DNA of 64,000 nt from Vicugna vicugna (taxonomy: Eukaryota): positions 5,400,508-5,464,507 of the forward strand of contig MU058584.1 in the NCBI GenBank assembly GCA_013265495.1, in the 5' to 3' direction. A program made the translations under genes and the position numbers. The notes beneath the pieces were generated by a model. The model made no database searches. It had not been told where the DNA came from and was given only the letters and a program-made list of their open reading frames with translations. This document shows, piece after piece, positions 37,111 to 50,499 of this stretch; position 1 is the first letter of the stretch; the number at the start of each line of letters is the position of its first letter.

Positions 37111-38009
37111 ATGTCTCAAAGTGATCAAATTCAACTTTAAACATCTGATTAACCTTTAAATGCAAGTTCAAATCAAGTAAAAAGTTATTAAAAGATCAGC
37201 TAATTTCTCTTCCTACTCATCACTTCTATATGCTTACAGACTTTGGACTGACTTAGAAATGCTGGTCTTGCAATATTTTCAGCTTAGTCGGAATAAAATA
37301 GGAAGTCTGTTCTCCTAGGAAGTCACTTCTCAGAAGTTTTCAAGCTTCAGGTTTTCGTAAAATGAGCTTTGCTATCTTAGAGCAATAAGTCATTGAAAAA
37401 ATACAAAACATACTTCTGTTTAGAATTAAGAAAAAAAATACCTGCAATCCTGATCATTGTCATAATAACCAACTGCCTGATTATCAAGAATATAAAGATA
37501 GTATACATATTAGAAAAACCCAGCATTACTGGTTAGGATACTAACATGCTGTACACTGAGCTATGCGATCTTCAGGCAAGACATTTTCCTTCTTTGGGCC
37601 ACACTCTCCTCATTGTTAAAAAAAACACGGGGCTTAGATTGGAATCTGATTTCCTCAAAACGTAGAATCATGAAATGTCAGCGCACAAAGGAGGTTTGGG
37701 GCGGGACTCTCAGTCTTTTAACACTCACGGCACATACAGAAAATGCTAATTCTTGTACGGCACACTGAAGCCACAGCAGGAAGCCTTTCAGGAATAAAGG
37801 TACTGCTCTTGGGTCTCCGAGGATCAATTTCTAAGCTCACTTGTGGGGAAGTCTGAGTTTAGAGGACCACAGGTTCAGCTCATCAGTTTCCACACAGAGA
37901 AACTAAAGCAAATTTACAACAACCCATACATTTAAATAAAGTACATGGTATCAATGTATTATCAGTTGTTACACTTGTGTATTTTTGGTAACTTTTTCCC
38001 AACTTGCCC

Positions 38010-38690
38010 CTCTTCAGATCATTTCCTACACAGCAGCCAGGGAGAGCTTAAAACACACAGACCTGATCATGTCGGTGCCCATTTTCCCCACCAGTTGCCT
38101 CTCATTGTTCTTAGCATATAGATCCTTTTTTTTTTTTTTTTTTACCATATTAAAATAGCCCAGGAGGCGCATGGCTCAATCTCTTATTTCTTCAGAGTCA
38201 CCTCATGCTGTTCTCCCCGCTGCACTTTATGGGCCCCTATTTCCTTTCCTAAAACACCCCAAGCACTTTCCTGCATCAGAGCTTTAGAGTCTGGGGTCTC
38301 TCTTACCTTCTTCCCCAGCTGACACACACGGTTTTTTTCAGATTTCAGTTCTAATGTCATTTCCTCAAGAAAACCTTCCCTCATGCGCCTTCTACACTGG
38401 GCTCACCTATTACACCTCGTTTTTTCTTTTACTACAGGGAACTGATGACATTTTCAACTTGTTCATTTCTTTTTGGGGTTATCTGATTAATGGTTGCCTT
38501 CCCCATTACTCTCAGTTCTGAGAAGGGACAGTGTCTCTTTTGTCATCTTCTCAGTGTCACGGTCATTTATAAAGAATCATTATCAAGATCTGACACTCTT
38601 ATTGGAGAAGGCTGGAAATTTTTCCATGGTATCAGGACAAATGATTCAAGAATATGTTTCAATTAAATATTTGTTTAATGAGTGAATTTA
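38010..38690 (+). mobile_element. L2 LINE 3' relic
   Basis: cacagcagccag...ctgatcatgtc...aatgtcatttcctcaagaaaaccttccct...aaatatttgtttaatgagtgaa. Confidence 0.7.
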
Positions 38691-40634
38691 TGGTTTGGTT
38701 TCTGCTATATATAGGAGTCTTCTTGGCAGCTCTGATCTTTGAACTGACATAGTTCTGTACCTCAAATTGCTTACGATGTGAAATATGGATATGGTGATGC
38801 TTTATTTTATTCTAATTAACGAACAATATGGTCATTGACTTAAAACCTTTCAGTGCAAATATTCTTAATTTTTGGATCATGGAACATTTTCAAGATTTGA
38901 TTAAAACAAAACTTTGGATGCTTTTTTTTTTTTTTAAGAAAATGATATATTCACAACATTTTGCAAACCATCTCAGGCACTTAGTCCATGAATAAATTTC
39001 AGGCTCCTAAATACAGCATAAAACGATTATTTGACTTAGCTATGTTTCCAAGCTCACCTACCATTCTCTAACATCACTTTAAACTCATTAATATATCAAA
39101 CTCCGGGTGGTTTGCCACCATTTCCCTTCCTGGAATGCCATTCTTACTTTTTGGTTTTCACCTATCCTCCAATACTTGGAACAGAGCTTATATCTTCCAG
39201 GAGCCTCACCTGACTCCCATGTTGGGAAATGGGTACCCCATGATCCCCATAGGTGAAGATCAGCCTCCTAGCATTTGATTCATGATGTCAGACTTGTAGT
39301 CTTTCCTAGAGAACATTAAATTCTTTGAGTTTAGGGACCATGTCTTTATCCACCTCCCCGCACATCTGCCCCAGTGTTTGGAATAATGAATAACACAAAT
39401 AGATCTTTAATAAATGTACGTCAACCCGAACTATTGAAAAATCAAAATTGACCATGGTAGAAGAGCTAAGAGAATCCACAGATAATATCCCTTAATTGAG
39501 ATGACAAACTGGAATACCAATAAATAAATTGAGTATCAACAATATATAATCATCAACAAAGGCCATTAACACAGATGACACATAACAAAGTTATTTTATC
39601 CTAAAAAAAAATCTAGCATATATATCAATGTCAGTGTGGGTGTCTATTACAGAAAATCATCATACAACCAATAGAACAATGAATTCAATGAATTCTTTAC
39701 TAAAAGAGTTTGAAGGCAATACTCAGAAACTGTATCATTACAACACCCTATGGAAAGGTTCAATACCATGCTGCCTGCTACTGCTGTACAATGTTTTACA
39801 ATTCTCATTGCCCCATGAATAGTAAGCAGATTTTTAGCTCTCAGACGGTGATTGTACAGTAACCCAAAAGTTAATGTGTAACAAGCAAAAAGGAGAACTT
39901 TGCACAGAAAGTTATGTACGCTGATACTCCAAGCCAAGAAATTACTTTTGCTGTTTTAAACCTGCAGGTGTTATTCATTTACCCAGCAGATTAAGGTATT
40001 TGTAATTCTACAGTTGATACCAAAAGGGACCAGTAGTTATTATTGGAGAGATTACCATTCATTACACAAAAGACTATAAGCATAATGCAGAATGTGATGG
40101 GGAAGGATCCAAAGAGATGGCCAATTCACACACTTCTCTTTCACTAACTATGGAACTTCTCTCTTATGCCAAGATTCATTTGGCGTCATAGGTCAGTGAT
40201 GGCAGGACAGTGGGGAGAGGGGTGAGAGCAGGGAGGAGGCAAGGGACAGAAGCCTTATCAGAAGCTTCCATGGGAGAACAACCTTTTAACACCCGCATGC
40301 CTGCTGAGAACTGATACACTGATTTCCTCTCTCAGCCTCATTCAACACCCCCGCTCCCACTCAAACCCCTGCAGGAATGAGAGAGATCACTGATAGAGTA
40401 GACTATGTTCTGTATATAAAATGACAGGGGCAGTTAAAAAAAAAAAAGGCTGAAAGCTATCATATATGTTGAATTTAAAAACGAACAAAAAAAAAAACCC
40501 AATTATGTAGGAAAAAAGAATTTTTACAACCCTTAGAAACAAAAATGGTGTCCAGCACAGTTGTGAGCATACTCTGCATACTACAAGTGATGTGAACTAA
40601 AATGTGGTGAAAAAGGAGAGTATGGTAGAGAAGT

Positions 40635-40850
40635 TGTAGCAACTAGGTTCTTGTCTCATCGCAGAAAGAATTCAGAGCCAAGATACGAAGGTCAAGAAAG
40701 TAAAGTGCGATGTATTAAGGGATAGACAGTACACTCTCAACGGGAGAGCAGACAGGCTCAGGGGAGCAGCTGCCCCGAGTTTCTTTGCAAGTTGGTTACA
40801 TAGAGTGTAACAATGAATGAGAGGACTATTCATTGGAGAGGGAGAAAACA
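40635..40850 (-). mobile_element. ERV1-type LTR fragment
   Basis: Starts tgtagc; ggttcttgtctcatcgcagaaagaattcagagcc...agtacactctcaacgggagagcagacaggctca, resembling artiodactyl ERV1 LTR U5/R read antisense. Confidence 0.55.
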
Positions 40851-41384
40851 GAAGTACGAAGTGGAGAGAGATAGTATTTAATATTATTGGGAGAAAAAAA
40901 CCCTCAATGCTGAACATTTGTCTCAAATAATAAACAAATCTGTGGTTTTTCAAAGAATCAGCCATAATTTTCCAAGGCAGACTTCCTAGCCTGCATCTAC
41001 ACTGTGAGATAGAAATTTGGAAGCTGCAATGATCTGGGGGGAACCTACACAGGCATTCTGTATAAACAAAGCAAAAATGAATGTTCTTATCCATAATTAC
41101 ATATGAATTCATCAAGAGTACAGCCAAAGACAATGTAAGTAGCCTGCTGGATGAGAGTTTGAGGAATAAATAATTTTATATTTTTCACCTAAAACCGAGG
41201 GGAGTCAAGTTCATGAATAAAAATATAAATTAAATAGGGTGAGGCATAAGTGAATATCCTATCAGTCTAATTATTGAGGGAGGCCAAATATTCTCCCCCC
41301 AAGCCTTTCTGCTCCCACCTACCATTTTATCATGAACTCTGGAGAAGTAATACTTGTTACATTTAAGACTATAATATAAAGGTG

Positions 41385-41620
41385 GTGAGGTTAGAAGGCG
41401 TTAATTCTGGACCCAGACCGCTAGGTTCAGTCTCCATTCTGCTACCTTCTAGCTGTGTGACTTTGGGAAAGCTGCTTAACCCTTCTGTGCTTCAGTTACT
41501 CATCTGCAAGCAGGGTAATAATACTTACTTCACTGAGAGATATGTGAATTAATGCATGTAACACACTTAGAACAATGCTCGGCACACAGTAAGTACACCC
41601 TAAAGCTAGTTAATATTGCC
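41385..41620 (+). mobile_element. MIR SINE
   Basis: ctagctgtgtgactttgggaaagctgcttaacccttctgtgcttcagttactcatctg...ggcacacagtaagt. Confidence 0.85.
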
Positions 41621-43869
41621 ACCACAAAAATACAAAATTAATAAGCATGACATGAAGGAGTTAATAAATTTCATAGCATAGCCAACTTTTGAACTTAGCC
41701 ACAAACATGACTATCACATTCCTAACTATATGACATAAACATTTGTCCAACATAAATTTAAAAAAAAGTAACTACAATAGCTTGTATTTCATCTATTCTT
41801 GCATCAGGAGAAGAATGTGTGACTCTGCTGCGATGTTGTCTAGTTGTCTAGTTGCTACCTTTGTGGGTAAAGGAATGTTCAGGTTAAAGGAGAACAGGAA
41901 ATAGCTACTATTATCATTTCCTTCACAGAAAATTGCTTACACAAAATTAGCATTTATGTGGTAGCGGAGGAATTTGACATTTGAAGACTAAAGTCCTTTC
42001 AGGTTCCTTCGGAAGCTTTACATAACCTGCAAAATCTTAGTGCATTTGTTCTTGAAAACACTGGGCCTAATATTTTCCTTCCATTTCTTTTGGTTCTGTT
42101 TTCTCCCCTAGTAGCACAGAAATGTCCACGGCTGTCTAATGGGCAAAGGGCAGTAGTGGGGTTAGCAGCTTTTACCCCGACACCAGACTGGGAGTTGCAG
42201 TAATACTTCATGAATGAAGAAGAGGATGAATTTGATTAGGTCAACAATGTTTTAGGCTCCTTTCTAGGTCCTCTCTAAGGACCTTCAATTAGTCATCCGG
42301 CAGTTATTTATTAACTCAGATCATGCCTAGTCACTGGCTCAAAAATGAAGCAGTGTGCAGACCAGAGACAAGAGTTCAGGGTCAAACTGCAGAGAGCAAA
42401 GGACAAGGAGTGGAAGGTTATACCTTCCTCCTCATTCTTTCAGAGTCAGGGAAATGAGGCGACCAGGCAGCCCTCGGAGGTACTCATGTGGATGTGACAC
42501 CACACGGGCTAGTGGAGACACAAGTATCTCTGGTCCAAAAGGGCACTTCATCTCCCTTACCTGAGATCAGGATCAAAGCCATGTACCCCCATGAGTGCTG
42601 GCTTGGTGCAATTTTTTTCTTTTACAGGATGCCTGTACACACAGCAGACACCATAGCAATGCTATTCTGGAAGTTTCTTTCAACTCTAGGATTACTGGAA
42701 ATAAGAGCACCAGTGAGCATATTTATTTATTAGTTTTAAGTAATATTTAACTCAGAAAGGTTACTATTTTAGTTATACATTTCTATCGCTGGAGGATTAT
42801 ACTTGGTTATAATATAATCTTATCAAATCTAGATTACATAATTCTGGGATGAGTCAGTCTTTTAAATTCTAGTTTGTGACTTTGGGTCCCTTCATAATTC
42901 TTAATCACCTTCATTTAATTATAAAACATTTAAGTCCACAACAAATATTTTTGTGCTTCATAAGAAGATGGCTAAAAATAACAAATTTAAGAGTAGAAGA
43001 GTAAATCATTCCACTTGGACACTATCAAAAAAGTAAAATGTCACTTGGTGAACAGGTTGCACTTAATGGACAGATGGCTGCTGGGCTCTCTCTGGATTTC
43101 AAGTGCCCTTGCCCTTGCAAACCTCTTCATTTTGCCATTCTGGTAAATGACCAAGAACTGACCACACACATTCAAATTCATACGTCAGCGTAACTGAAGT
43201 CATCAAGGTGAAGGGCTACAAACTGGAGACAAGCACCACTCAGTGGGAACGGAGGAAAGTTCGTATTTTATTTGTTTTTAATAAAAAGTCAGCCAAGGGA
43301 AGCTTTGCTTGTCTAGATAAACTGTATTCTCACTCCCTTACTCTTAGCTCATCCAGCTTCTGCCTCTCAAACCTCAGCTAAAAAAGGAATCATTCATGAG
43401 TTTCATTTACTGCCTGGTGATAGACAATAGAGTTTATACAAGGAGACAAGAGGTTGGAAAACAGAAAAACAAGAGGACCAAGTTTAGCTACTGTGGCACT
43501 GAGGCTAGCCAGCACCTGGGTCCTGACCTTTGGATTGCTTGCAAAGGAATAAAATCTGATGCTCAGGCATAAAGGGCTACACTGAAACAGAAAGGCTTCT
43601 TTGATTTATGCTTAAAAACATATAATTTGAAATCAGGTCTGTATGTGCTTTGTATTTGATAAAAACAGAATTAAGTGTTTTCTGACAGTGAAATTATACT
43701 TCGGGTTTTAACTTCACTGGAATATTGTTTTTGCAAAAGAGTCTAACAGGCCTGACACTTAATGAGCACATCATAAAAGTTAGTTTTCCTGTTCACGCTG
43801 ATGCATTTTCCAGTGGCCAAATGAAGTAATGGTAAAGATTATGATAATAATGATAAATACAATAACAAC

Positions 43870-44080
43870 CAATAATATTTGCTGGACACTTCCTATTCTT
43901 ACTGATTTACATATGCCGAACAATCTATTTCTCACAACTACCCTCTCGGGTAAGTACTATTACTGTGCTCATCTTAAAGGTGAGGGCATTGAGGCACAAG
44001 ATTTTACGCAACTTACTTAAACAGCTTGTAAGTGGAAGAGCTGAATTTAAGCCCAGGTGGTCTGGTTCCAGGTGTACTCA
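43870..44080 (-). mobile_element. MIR SINE
   Basis: ctcacaactaccct...tattactgtgctcatctta...gaggcaca...gtaagtggaagagctgaatttaagcccagg. Confidence 0.8.
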
Positions 44081-44654
44081 CTGTGCTGAAAATACTTAGC
44101 CCAACACTGGGCACAAAGTAAGTGCTTACTATTATTACCATTACTTTTAACGTTACTAGATTTAAGAAAAATGCATTCAGTGCGTAGGCACTGGGGAATT
44201 AAGCAATGAACAAAAAAATACAGAGTTTAGTGGAGAAGAGAGATATTATTCAAAGAACTGTACCTTTTACAGTAGAAATGATTACTTAAAGTAGAAGAAT
44301 ATCTGTTACTATTTTAGGCCACCAAGCCCTTAAGACTTCTCACTGGATGATGAGAGCATATGCCTCCATTACTCCTGTCAGCCATTCACTTAAACTCTGC
44401 TGCCTGGTCAAAGTTTTGGAAACTCCACTTTGTCAGGTCATCACCCTACTCAAAAGCCTTCGACTGTTTCCAGTTTTCTAGAGTCTAAGGAGCCACTGTG
44501 TGTCACACACACCGACAAACTCCCAACCCTCATTCATGGCAGTCATTAGTATTCCATGACAGCATATCTTCCTCTGTTTAGCTGTGGTCTTGCAATCTTA
44601 AAATAAATCAAGAGTTGGCGCTCGAATTGAAACCTTTTTGCCATCCCTGACCTG

Positions 44655-44890
44655 GTTTACTGGATGGAAGTATAGGGTTTGGACTCGGACAGGCGGAGGT
44701 TTAAATTTCTGCTCTCCACCACTTAACTGTGGGGTAACACTGGCCAATCATCTCACCTGCGGGGAGAACCACTCTCCTTACCTGTAAAGAGCGATGAATA
44801 AGGCCTACCCAATAAGGCTTTTAGGCAGTGCAGGTAAACCATTTAGCATAGAGCCTGGTATATACTGCTCAGTAAATTGCAGTTACTTTT
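44655..44890 (+). mobile_element. MIR SINE
   Basis: ggtttaaatttctgctctccaccacttaactgtg...cttacctgtaaa...gagcctggtatatactgctcagtaaat. Confidence 0.7.
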
Positions 44891-45443
44891 TATCACCATA
44901 ATCCTAATGTTCATTATTGCCATCAGAAAAAAAAAAGCCTTCAAAAACTTTTAGTTTTCCTTTCCAAGTTTATCTCCTGTAACCTACTAAAGGAACCCTC
45001 CACTTTAACTAGATTTGGGTAACTCATTGTTTTCCTGAAACTAGCCTGCCATTTCCCCTTCCTCTCTGCGTATAAAAACCTGCCTTTTTCTTCAAGGCTT
45101 CCTTGAGAAAAATTTCATTAATGGAATTTCCCTGATCCCTCTAGCCACAGTCATACTGCTGTCCATTATACTCCCATCACACTGTCTCTGACATTTCATC
45201 CCACACTCACTACCTGATATTTTTTTATGCTGGTGTTTAATTTTATATTACAATTTAACTTTATATGTGTATTTATCTTGTTTTCCTAGCTAAACTTTCG
45301 ATTCCTTAAAGGCTGGGACTATATAATACATGCGTCCTCAAAACACCACCTAATCAAGCAATCACACATTCTAATCAATGAATGAATGAAATTAAAATAA
45401 AACATACACAAACTTTTCAGTTAACTTTTAAAAATTAGTCATG

Positions 45444-46045
45444 TGCCATAAAAAAGAATAAAATAATGCCATTTGCAGCAACATGGATGGACCTGGAGAA
45501 TGTCATTCTAAGTGAAGTAAGCCAGAAAGAAAAAGAAAAATACCACATAATATCACTCATATGTGGAATCTTAAAAAAAAAAAAAAAAGGAGGCCCAAAT
45601 GAACTTATTTACAAAAAACAAAACAGAAACAGACTCACAGACTTAGTAAACAATCTTATGGTTACTGGAGAAAGGGGGTGGGAAGGGATAAATTTGGGAG
45701 TTTGAGATTTATAAATGTTAGCCACTATATATAAAAATAGATTAAAAATGTGACAATGAATATATGTATGTTCATGTATAACTGAAAAATTGTGCTCTAC
45801 AATGGAATTTGACACATTGTGAAATGACTATAACTTAATAAAAATGCAAAAAAAAAGATTAAAAAAGTCTTATAGCACAGGGAACTACGTTCAATATCTT
45901 GTAATAACCTTTAATAGAAAAAAATATGTAAATGAATGTGTGTATATATATACATGACTGGGATATTGTGCTGTACACCAGAAACTGACACATTGTAACT
46001 GACTGTACTTCAATTAAAAAAAATTTTTTTTAAGGTTAAAAAAAA
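45444..46045 (+). mobile_element. 5'-truncated artiodactyl LINE-1 3' end containing a nested L1 tail
   Basis: ORF2 end MPFAATWMDLENVILSEVSQKEKEKYHIISLICGI; 3'UTR tatagcacagggaacta...; flanking agtcatg repeat. Confidence 0.9.
45749..45855 (+). mobile_element. Nested ~107-bp L1 3' tail (same subfamily as 20277-21712)
   Basis: Near-identical to 21594-21692; flanked by agattaaaaa at 45739-45748 and 45856-45865. Confidence 0.85.
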
Positions 46046-47126
46046 GTCATGGATTAAGAAGAGAAAATTAATTTTAATTCTTCATACAGTGTTGAAGGAC
46101 ATAATAATATAAAAAAAAAAACCAACCTCTGGCTCCCTACTTTGAATGAAAATATTCTTCCCTTGTCAGTTGGTCCTATTTAAAGATTTCTTTTTTAACA
46201 TTCACACCTACGACACCGTATGTGAGCCCAGGTAGAGTAAGTGTTAGAAGAATTCTCAGTCTACCTCCCCAAACAAATTAGGAAGGCTTTTTGTTCTTTG
46301 GTTTTTGTATGTGTTTAAAATATTTGTGCAGTTTTCTTAAATATGCATAAAATCATCACTCTCAGGACTAAAGAAATTTCAAATAATTTCTATTCCTCTT
46401 TGACCTGAGAAACACGATACACGTTTTTCATATCGGGTTGGAGTAAAATTAAGGTTCCAGGACTCCATGACCACATGTAACTTAGCCCAGTGGCTCCTGT
46501 CCCCTACTCTGTAGGTGCTGTGGGTCAGGACCAGGATGACATGACATTGCTCTCTAGCAAAATGGGAAAAATCAGGGCACTGAAGCAGTGGTGAACCGAG
46601 GGCTGGCAGGAGTAGTCCACTCTGAGCAGGGGCCAGTATTTTCCCACTAACATTGAAACTACCTCTACAGGTAAATAAAAAGCAGACGAACTTTTAGTGG
46701 ATTCTACTACTGTTTTAAAAGTATCTACAGAAAATGCAACCACGTTTTGCCTGTTCCTGTAGCAGCCTGCCTCCACCATCGTGTCCTTGGCATGTCACAG
46801 CAATAGAGTCAGCTTTGAGTAAAGCTGAATTTATCCAGTTGAAGAGACAGGCTATTCTTTGGTGATTAAGTGATGCTGGCAACTAAATGTCCCTTTCTAA
46901 ACAAAATGATGGTAATGATGGAAAACAATTTTTTTTTTACCTCATTTGGTAAAGTTTTTGAAGTTGATTGTTCTGTCTCTCCCCAGTGTGGGATTTGTTA
47001 CTGTTCATTGCTTGGCTTATTTTTCGAAATGTCCCTAGACTATGAAATCCCACGTCTGAGAACAATTAACCAAGACAACAACTTGACCTAACAGTGTAAG
47101 AGCGTGCAGTGACCTTTGGCCTAGGG

Positions 47127-47304
47127 CAATGGTTCTCAAAGTGTGGTACTCTGGACCGATGGCATCAGTGTTAACTGGGAACTTGTTGGAAATGCAAATT
47201 AGATCTACTGGATCAGAAACTCTGAAGTGAGTGGGGCCCAGTGATTAGTGTGTTTAAAAAGCCCTCTAGGAGATTCTGCTCCTGCTAAAGTTTGAGAACC
47301 ACTG
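47127..47304. mobile_element. MER5A-like hAT-Charlie element
   Basis: TIRs caatggttctcaaa ... tttgagaaccactg; internal ggaacttgttggaaatgcaaatt. Confidence 0.9.
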
Positions 47305-47604
47305 CTAGGGAATTGGTAGGGAAGATGAGAAAGTACTGAGATAAAATTCCTGGAGAGTTTTTAACACTCCTGTAAGGTCATTTTTCATTCAATGACTCTT
47401 CATCTAATTTATTTTGTACAGATTTTCCATAGTTAACTAACCAATCTTTCCAAAAGGATTAATTTAGATTTATTTCCTAGAGCCTACAGTAAATGATTTT
47501 ATAAATGCCTAGAAAAAGTGGGATAAATCATATTAAATATAGACCTTTAAGTGGTTAGGCTTGTTACTTTTCAGAGTGAGAAGACAGCCGATCTAAAGAA
47601 AGTC

Positions 47605-47958
47605 GCCATATGAAATCACTTATACAGGGAATCAAAAAACAAAAGGGACACAGATAAACTTATTTAGAAAATAGAGACTGACTCACAAACATGGTTATCA
47701 GAGGGGAAAGGAGGAGGGGAGGGATAAATTGGGAATCTGGGATTTGCAGATACTAACTACTATACATAAAATAGATGAACAACAAGGTCCTACTGTATAG
47801 CACAGGGAACTATATTCAATACCTTGCAGTGGCCTATAATGAAAAAGAATATGAAAAGGAATATATATGGGTGCATATATATGTATAAATAAATCAGTAT
47901 GCTGTGCACCAGAAATTAACACAACATTGTAAATTGGCTATACCTCAATAAAAAAAGA
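47605..47958 (+). mobile_element. Artiodactyl LINE-1 3'UTR fragment
   Basis: gggataaattgggaatctgggatttgcagatac...ggtcctactgtatagcacagggaactatattcaata...tcaataaaaaaa. Confidence 0.9.
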
Positions 47959-49339
47959 AGCTGGAGCTGGGGCTATACTCAAGGAACTGAGACCGACCTG
48001 CAGACCTGTGAATGCACTTTGCGGAATGTCATTTCAGTCATTATAAGGACTGCATGGACATTACAGTATTAATGTCTATAGAAATTTCCATGAAGTGAAT
48101 AGGTATTATGACAATTTGGGATAAACTATTCCAGCATTTTATTAATAGAGACCCATGACTGTCATGAATAAAAAATTAAACTCTTATCTCTGCTAAATGA
48201 GGGAACCATCAGAGATCTATCTATTGCTGAGACAGTGTGAGGACTGTCTGGGGTGAAAGTCATGGAGTAATCTAGCAAGGATTCCGTGTACGGCAGGATA
48301 CAGGAGAGAACATGACATTGCTCCTTACAGGTTCTTTTATCTGAGAAAATAACCAATTCTGATGAAATCCTAACTGGACCATAAAGAATTACAATTTGAT
48401 AGCCTAATGCTTCTTATATTTTCAGGATTTTTTAAGGTTAACGTGGAGACTTTTGAAACATTATATTTGAGAAGGAAGAAAAATCTATGCAAATTATCAG
48501 CTTTCCACATGCACATATTTCAGGTTTGGCCAGCATACACAGTCAGCAATAAAAGATGCTGACAGCAGTAGACTTTTCTGACAACTGGTAAATGGAGGGA
48601 GTTGTGGGATGCGGCACTTGAAAGTGGGGCTCACCCTCATCAGGCTGTGACATTTCAGCCATATGAAAAGAGAAAGGGGGATGGAGGTGCACTGTCCCCA
48701 TTCATGATAACATTCCCCCAGGCCCCTCAGGCAATAACTCAACAGACATTGACAAAGAGCAGTATGCTGGGCAGGAGCTAGACAGACAACAGTCTATGAG
48801 AGGTCCAGACCCTCAAGGAACTTACACAACCAGCCATCTGGAAGGACAAGACGTAACTTGGTTCCTGGCACACCTAAGAGCCACATGCCCAGGCTAATGT
48901 GAGTGCAGATTTGAAGAATCTGAGAACTGCTTTCAGCTGTGAGAGACCCAGGGCCTCTGGCCTTGTGAACCTTAGCATGCATCAATGCTCACGTGTATGT
49001 ACACACAGGCCTCTAGTTAATTCCCAGGAGGGCATTATGGCAGCCTTGACCGTGAGCCTTCCCCCATGAACCAGGTCATGGCTGGCTCCTTCCTGAGAAG
49101 CCAGACTCCCCCAGTCAGAGACTGGGGCTCCCTGGGGAGCGTAATAACCCTTGGCTGCCGCTGAATCCAGTGAAACAGGTAATAGATCTCTTCAAATTTC
49201 GAGATTGTTGATATTTCCAATTCTTACTGAGTCCTCAAAGCAAAATAATCCCTTTGCTGGTCTCCTCACAGGGTCTAGGTTTACCTCAAAAGCAGAATCA
49301 TGACCAACTTTTTCCAAAAGGTCTGAATGGCAATGATTT

Positions 49340-49687
49340 CCAAATGCTAGTTTAATTATGAGCCATATCAGAATCACCAGCCACTTAAAAAAAATAAGGA
49401 TACAGGAAGCTCATCCAAGATTTACTTACCCAGAACCTTCTATGATAGAGTTCCTTAGGTGATTTAATGCATGCCATCGGCTGGGAACCACTGCACTCAG
49501 GCAGTGATCCTCAAACTTCAGAGGCATCGGAATCACCAGGAAGGCTTGTTAAAGCACAGATTCCTGGGCTTGAGCCCTAGGATTTCCGAGTCAGTAGGTC
49601 TGTGGTAATGCCAGTGAATTTCATTCCCACCCAGTTCTCAGGTGATGCAGATGCTGGTGATCAGGTGAGGATGCTTGAGAACCACTG
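49340..49687. mobile_element. Two adjacent MER5-family elements (MER5B-like ~49340-49493; MER5A-like 49502-49687)
   Basis: cagaatcacc...gggaaccactg, followed 8 bp later by cagtgatcctcaaactt...cttgagaaccactg. Confidence 0.8.
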
Positions 49688-49799
49688 TACTAGGGAACGG
49701 CAGGGGCCAACTCTACTGGAACCCTGGTTCCTAGGTAAATACCACTGTCACCTTTGTTGACCTCTGGCGGCAGATACTGCTCTCCATCTCCCAGGTGCT

Positions 49800-50110
49800 C
49801 GTCCTCCCTTTCTGCATTCTCACAGAAACTTGATTTTTCCCGGAGGTAGTAATGTTCTCAACCAACAGAACTACATTTACCAGCTCCCCTTTGAAGGAGG
49901 AGGTAGTCATGGGACTAAATTCCAGTAAATAAATCATAAGCAGAAGTTGTTGCCTGGGGCTTCTGGAAAAGCTTCTTAAAGTGGATGGGGAGGAGGGAGC
50001 TGGCTGAGCTGGCGTTTTTTTCACCTTTTGCCCCTTGCCCTTCTCATTCCTCCAGCCTGGAACCCAGAAGTGATAATGGTGGTTTCAACAACCATCCTGG
50101 GATATATTAT
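49800..50110 (+). mobile_element. Old ERVL/MaLR LTR relic (MLT1J/LTR16-like)
   Basis: actacatttaccagctcccctttg...catgggactaaattccag...aagcagaagt...ggcttctggaaaagcttctt. Confidence 0.55.
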
Positions 50111-50244
50111 ACAAAGAGTCTGGGAAGTTCCCCATCACTTAATGCATTCATATTTCTGCAGCAGTGTGAAAGGTCACATTAAGTGGATCATATGAAAATT
50201 GTACCCGTGGGTTCAAATGGGTTCATAGGTATGAAGGGTGAACC

Positions 50245-50345
50245 ATATTATGCCATTTTATCTAAGGGACTTGAGCATCCACAGATCTTGGTACTCGTAG
50301 GGGTCCTGGAAACAATCCCCCATGGATACTGAGGAAGGACAGTAC
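50245..50345. mobile_element. MER2/Tigger-like terminal fragment
   Basis: ccattttatctaagggacttgagcatccacagatcttggta...ggggtcctggaaacaatcccccatggatactgagg. Confidence 0.8.
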
Positions 50346-50499
50346 ATAGTCATATATAAGATCAGGTTAGGCTTTGCCATCAAACTTACAAAAAAAAAAA
50401 AAAGCTCTGGTTTTCAGAAATCAGGTATCACAGATGAAGAGGGTAGTCTCCGTACCACCATCTTCACTTGCAGACAGGAGTTAATCGTGCCCCTTCCCA

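Noticed and set aside
40672..41133. 153-aa - strand ORF
   Set aside because: Spans an LTR fragment and AT-rich intron; no gag/pol/env motifs recognised.
49757..49772. CTCF-like motif (ccgccagaggtca on -); weaker ones near 16297 and 26593
   Set aside because: Mismatches in the core; cannot be supported without PWM scoring or ChIP data.
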